Below the pieces are notes generated by a model. That model saw only the letters and a list, made by a program, of their open reading frames with translations, had not been told where the DNA came from and did not search any database. This document shows positions 15,997 to 20,000 of a stretch of DNA of 20,000 nucleotides, in pieces; within the stretch, counting starts at the first letter, position 1, and every line of letters starts with the position of its first letter. This DNA is from an uncultured virus (IMG/VR IMGVR_UViG_3300045119_000497) (taxonomy: Duplodnaviria > Heunggongvirae > Uroviricota > Caudoviricetes), in IMG/VR virus record IMGVR_UViG_3300045119_000497; one strand, given 5' to 3'. The translations under genes and the position numbers were made by a program.

Positions 15997-16539
15997 ATGA
16001 CCGACGAAACCAACCCTCTCTCGCGAACCTACCACAACCACAAAATCGAATTCCATCCCTCGGACCTGAAGTTCCACGTCTCCGGCCCCGAGTTCGAACA
16101 CTTTAAGGAATCCTATTGTACGTTCCCGTCCTTTGACGAGGCGCGCTCCCAGATCGACAAACTGGTCGACGACGCCGCCAAGTTCAAGGCTCAGAACTCA
16201 AAGTTCGAGGCACGGGTCTGCGACGAACACGGAAACCTGACAACCATCACCGGAATAAACCGCTCCACCGGTCGCATCCAAGGCGTCGACACCCGCTACA
16301 TCTATCCCGATGTCGAATGGGTCGTCACGGATCTACGGCGCTACGATGTCCTCTGGACCGAACTCAAACAGATCGAAAACCGAATCTCGCCCCTACGAAT
16401 CAATACCGGACAGACTTCCAGCCGAATCGCCGCTGACGACTACCCACGTCGTCTCGAAGCCCTATCGAAGTCTCTCAACGAGAAACTTGAGCTGGCGAAA
16501 CAACAAACGCCGGCCGAAATTGTCGAATTGAAAGCCTGA
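15997..16539 (+). CDS. Hypothetical protein
   Basis: AAAGGA RBS, 180 aa. Confidence 0.75.
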   Translation: MTDETNPLSRTYHNHKIEFHPSDLKFHVSGPEFEHFKESYCTFPSFDEARSQIDKLVDDAAKFKAQNSKFEARVCDEHGNLTTITGINRSTGRIQGVDTRYIYPDVEWVVTDLRRYDVLWTELKQIENRISPLRINTGQTSSRIAADDYPRRLEALSKSLNEKLELAKQQTPAEIVELKA

Positions 16540-16588
16540 AGGCCGCCGATTCGACCCCACCAACCCATCTTAACTCCAGGAGTAAGTT

Positions 16589-17098
16589 ATGGCTGACGAA
16601 CAGACCCCGGTCAATCTCGTTGACCTTCTCGGCAAGCCGATGTCGGACTTTCCCGACCTCCCCAACCTTCCCGGCATGAAGTGGTTCTACGGAAAACTTC
16701 TCGACGTTACCGCAGACCACTCCTCCCAGAAGAAGACCCCACTTTACGATTTCTCCATCCGCATCACCGACCCAGGGAAGGACGTTTCGGCCGCGGAACT
16801 GAAGGCCGTGACCGACGCCGGCTTCTCACTCGCCGACTACGAGGCCCATGCGAAGTTCTACCTCACGCCGAACGCCCTCAAGATGCTCCGGCGTTTCGTA
16901 ACTTCGCTTGGCTTCCCACCCAGCGTCTCGTTCATCGAAGCCCTGGCGCTCGACCCGGCGACCGGCAACCCGACGGCCGAGACCAAAGAGAAGATCCTCG
17001 GCCGCGACGTCATGTTCCGCACACCGGCGGCCGATGACCAGGGCCGGGTCTATCTCTCCAACGTCGACATGGTGACAGGGGAGATCAAGACCCCGTAA
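16589..17098 (+). CDS. Hypothetical protein, possible DUF669-like ssDNA-binding protein
   Basis: AGGAG RBS, strong codon bias, P-x-LPG-x2-Y...FYLT...LRRFVTSLG...LGR pattern, replication-module context. Confidence 0.55.
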   Translation: MADEQTPVNLVDLLGKPMSDFPDLPNLPGMKWFYGKLLDVTADHSSQKKTPLYDFSIRITDPGKDVSAAELKAVTDAGFSLADYEAHAKFYLTPNALKMLRRFVTSLGFPPSVSFIEALALDPATGNPTAETKEKILGRDVMFRTPAADDQGRVYLSNVDMVTGEIKTP

Positions 17099-17277
17099 CC
17101 CTCAGCGAGTTCGGTGTTGCAAGGACGGGGACCTATACCCCGAAACCTGATAAGGCCGACGGGACATTGAGCGCAACTAGGTGTCCCAAACGGGCCTTGG
17201 CGGTTGGGCCTCATCAACCGCCACCCTTTTGACGTAATTCGCCACGCGCCCCTCAGGGGCTCAGGAGGCAAAAGACA

Positions 17278-17805
17278 ATGGCCTTTCGTGAAGGCGAAGT
17301 TCCGGTCGGGGAAGCGATCGAAAAAGACCGGATCATCAAGAGTCTAAATCTCTTGCGCGCCGTGGTGGCCGAGAAGGTCGACTTGGATAAAAAGGACTTT
17401 GGTCTCTGTCCGTTTCACGACGAGAAGACCCGCAGCTTCCACATCTTCGTCGCACGTCGTTCGGGTCGCGCTCGGTTTCATTGCTTTGGTTGCGGCGCTG
17501 GTGGCGACATCTTCAACTACCTACGTCTCTCAGACAATCTCGACTTCATTTCAGCAACCATCCGGCTCAGTGAAATTCTTAATCGCGAGATTTCGACAAA
17601 TCCAACCGAAGTTATTTCTTCTTCCAGAGCACCGGAGCACAGTGAGACGTGTGGCGAAACCAGCGACAAGTTCTGCGAACGCGACTGCCTGAAGTACGCC
17701 AACCTGCGAACCGACTACGAGATCCTTCTCGAAGAAAACGAAACCTTAAGACAGAAGCTCGGAATGTCCGAATTTCGTCCCTCGAACGAAACTCAAGAGG
17801 ATTAA
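17278..17805 (+). CDS. Stand-alone CHC2 zinc-finger protein (primase-type zinc-binding domain)
   Basis: GLCPFHDEKTRSF...FHCFGCGAGGDIF, AGGAGG RBS. Confidence 0.88.
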   Translation: MAFREGEVPVGEAIEKDRIIKSLNLLRAVVAEKVDLDKKDFGLCPFHDEKTRSFHIFVARRSGRARFHCFGCGAGGDIFNYLRLSDNLDFISATIRLSEILNREISTNPTEVISSSRAPEHSETCGETSDKFCERDCLKYANLRTDYEILLEENETLRQKLGMSEFRPSNETQED

Positions 17806-17811
17806 CCTCTG

Positions 17812-19200
17812 ATGAACACCATCCCAATCACCTCGATCGTCGTCCGCGACCGCCAGCGCAAGGCACCCGACGTGGACGAAGCCTTCGTGGCGAGCGTCCG
17901 GAAACGACTCATCCATCCCATCGTCCTACGGCGCGAAAACGGCGACGACGCGCCGATTCTGGTCGCTGGTGAGCGGCGCCTCTTGGGGCTTCAAAAAGCC
18001 GGAATCTCCGACCTCGAAGAGGGAATCCACTTCCGATTTTTCGACGACCTCTCCCCGACCGAAGCCCGGGTGGTGGAACTGGAGGAGAACGTCAAACGCT
18101 CCGACCTTCCGTGGCGCGATCACGTCACAGCGGTGGCCGGCTTACATAAAATCTATTCCGACGAAAATCCCGGTTGGACTCCCGAAAAGACCGCAAAAGA
18201 AATCAACGCCTCCGACGAACACCACCTTCGCCGCATCCTGGTCATCAATAAAAACCTCCAGTCGCCACTCCTTCGCGACTGCACTGGAATCGTCCAAGCC
18301 TATTCGATCCTCGAACACGCGGCGCAGCGACGAATCGCCGCCATCGTTGGCGACATCGCCCGCGTAGGGAACCAAATCTTCGAAACAAAGGACGAAACGG
18401 AAGGCGAGACCGAAGATGAAGATTCTAGTCCTGATTCTCCCCCTCCCACTGGTGATCCTGTTAACGGACTTTCTCCTTCGCCACTTCCTGACCCGAAGCC
18501 CAAGCCACCCCCGCCGGCGGTAATCTGCGTTGACTTCTCCAAGTGGCTCCAAACCTATTCCGGACCTAAGTTCACCCTAATCCACTGCGACTTCCCCTAC
18601 GACATCAAATACGACTCCTACGCCAAGTCGGTCACTTCGTCAACCGAGGACTACGACTCCACCGGCTATTGGCCCCTGCTTGACGCCCTGTGCGACAATC
18701 TAGACAAGATTGCCTCCTACCAAAGTCACGTCATGTTCTGGTTCTCGATGAAATTCTACCAACGGACTAAGAACCGTTTGATAAAGGGCGGCCTTTTCGT
18801 CCACGACCATCCTCTCATTTGGCACAAAACCGACAACGCGGGGATAATTCCCGGAGCGGACGGCACCTACCCGCGGCGAATCTATGAGACCGCCCTCTTG
18901 TGCAGTCGCGGCAAACGGCCCCTAATCAAACCCCTCGCCAACGCCTACGGGGCACCCACCGCCTCCAATCCCGTCCACCCCTCTCAGAAACCCGAACCCG
19001 TCCTTCGCCATTTCTTCTCCATGCTCGTCGACGAAACGACCGACGTTCTCGACCCAACCTGCGGCTCCGGTTCGGCGCTCCGAGCGGCCGAAGACCTCGG
19101 TGCCCGGAGCGTTCTCGGACTGGAATTCGACCTAAAATATGCCGAAACCGCCGAGAACCTAACCCAAACCGCTCGAACCATGCGGAGGCTCCACCGATGA
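17812..19200 (+). CDS. ParB/Srx-like domain fused to beta-class N4/N6 DNA methyltransferase
   Basis: LIHPIVL...LVAGERRL...ELEENVKRSDL (ParB). IHCDFPY (motif IV variant), WHK, HPSQKP, VLDPTCGSGS (motif I). Confidence 0.88.
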   Translation: MNTIPITSIVVRDRQRKAPDVDEAFVASVRKRLIHPIVLRRENGDDAPILVAGERRLLGLQKAGISDLEEGIHFRFFDDLSPTEARVVELEENVKRSDLPWRDHVTAVAGLHKIYSDENPGWTPEKTAKEINASDEHHLRRILVINKNLQSPLLRDCTGIVQAYSILEHAAQRRIAAIVGDIARVGNQIFETKDETEGETEDEDSSPDSPPPTGDPVNGLSPSPLPDPKPKPPPPAVICVDFSKWLQTYSGPKFTLIHCDFPYDIKYDSYAKSVTSSTEDYDSTGYWPLLDALCDNLDKIASYQSHVMFWFSMKFYQRTKNRLIKGGLFVHDHPLIWHKTDNAGIIPGADGTYPRRIYETALLCSRGKRPLIKPLANAYGAPTASNPVHPSQKPEPVLRHFFSMLVDETTDVLDPTCGSGSALRAAEDLGARSVLGLEFDLKYAETAENLTQTARTMRRLHR

Positions 19201-19550
19201 GAGTTTTGGTTTGTGGTGGCCGCGATTACATTAACCAGCCTCACTTATTCGCATGGCTTGACAAATTCCATGCGGCCTTCACCATTAACGAGATTATCGA
19301 AGGCGGAGCCAAGGGCGCCGACCGTCTCGCGTGGCATTGGGCTTGTAAGAACGACGTTCTGGCTACCGAGGTTCCCGCTGAGTGGCGAAAATTTGGCCGC
19401 CGTGCAGGGACAATACGAAACCAGGCTATGCTTGACCTAAAACCCGACGCCGTTATCGCGTTTCCCGGCGGAGCCGGTACGGCACACATGACCTCAATTG
19501 CCCGAAAAGCCAAAGTCAAAGTCTACGATGGGAGTTCGCTCGAATGGTAA
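19197..19550 (+). CDS. SLOG-family (DUF2493/YspA-like) protein
   Basis: MRVLVCGGRDY...IIEGGAKGAD...AEW...AGTIRNQAML...AFPGGAGTAHM. ATGA overlap start at 19197. Confidence 0.88.
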   Translation: MRVLVCGGRDYINQPHLFAWLDKFHAAFTINEIIEGGAKGADRLAWHWACKNDVLATEVPAEWRKFGRRAGTIRNQAMLDLKPDAVIAFPGGAGTAHMTSIARKAKVKVYDGSSLEW

Positions 19551-20000
19551 GGACGCGAGCGGTCATCGTGGGCGAGGCCTGGGGTCGCCGTGAGGCGCAA
19601 TTCCAACACGCGCTCGTTGGACCCACCGGCCGCGAACTCTCCCTCGAAATGGGAATCGCCGGCTTCGCCCCGTTTCTCGCGCTTCGTTGTCGCAAATGCA
19701 AACGCGAAACCGAGTTCACAACCGCCCGCTGCGAACACTGCTCCGAGTTCGTGTGGCCCTCAGAGTTCGACCTCATTCCCTACTGGAAACGCCTGCGGGA
19801 AAATTTCGGAATCCACGTCACCAACGTTTTTAACGAACAACCTCCGTCGAATAATCTCGGCCACTTCTTCGGAACCACTCCCGAAACCCCGATGCCCGGC
19901 TGGAAAGCGAACCGAACCGAAGGCGGCTCGCATTTGAAAGCTGAATATTTTCATCATATAAAAAGACTATGGAAAGAAATAGACGAAATGAATCCTAATT
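19544..20000 (+). CDS. Uracil-DNA glycosylase family-4-like domain protein (partial)
   Basis: Not in the ORF track. Manual translation: MVRTRAVIVGEAWGRREAQFQHALVGPTGREL...VTNVFNEQPPSNN...LWKEIDEMNPN. GGAG RBS. Confidence 0.8.
   Translation, partial: MVRTRAVIVGEAWGRREAQFQHALVGPTGRELSLEMGIAGFAPFLALRCRKCKRETEFTTARCEHCSEFVWPSEFDLIPYWKRLRENFGIHVTNVFNEQPPSNNLGHFFGTTPETPMPGWKANRTEGGSHLKAEYFHHIKRLWKEIDEMNPN

Noticed and set aside
17145..17165. Hammerhead-like words GAAAC and CTGATAAG
   Set aside because: The two words are adjacent with no room for the intervening stems, and CUGAUAA breaks the CUGANGA core.
17199..17224. tRNA-Met-like loop (CTCAT)
   Set aside because: No D arm, T arm or acceptor stem.

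Overview
The window looks like part of a GC-rich tailed dsDNA phage (or prophage) genome. An alphaproteobacterial host is a weak inference. Positions 1-3808 run mostly leftward: the N-terminal part of a terminase large subunit (missed by the ORF track), a DUF6362-like gene, a PD-(D/E)XK nuclease and an HTH/small-terminase candidate, interrupted by an AT-rich rightward HNH-like endonuclease. An ~800 bp non-coding divergence region follows. From 4614 on is a rightward early/replication arm: many small hypothetical genes, a MoxR-type AAA+ ATPase with a probable VWA-like partner, HIRAN, HNH-AP2, RHH, a Cas4/RecB-like exonuclease, an ERF annealase, a possible SSB, a stand-alone CHC2 zinc finger, a ParB-DNA methyltransferase fusion, a SLOG/DUF2493 protein and the start of a UDG-like gene. 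The most striking observation is that seven apparently unrelated small proteins end in the same C-terminal tag (x-[EQP]-[APT]-M-[ED]-L-stop, consensus [IV]EAMEL) after a basic/Pro-rich linker, encoded with varying synonymous codons and all three stop codons. This suggests an undescribed protein-level addressing, docking or degradation tag. All family calls come from motif recognition by eye; no searches were run.
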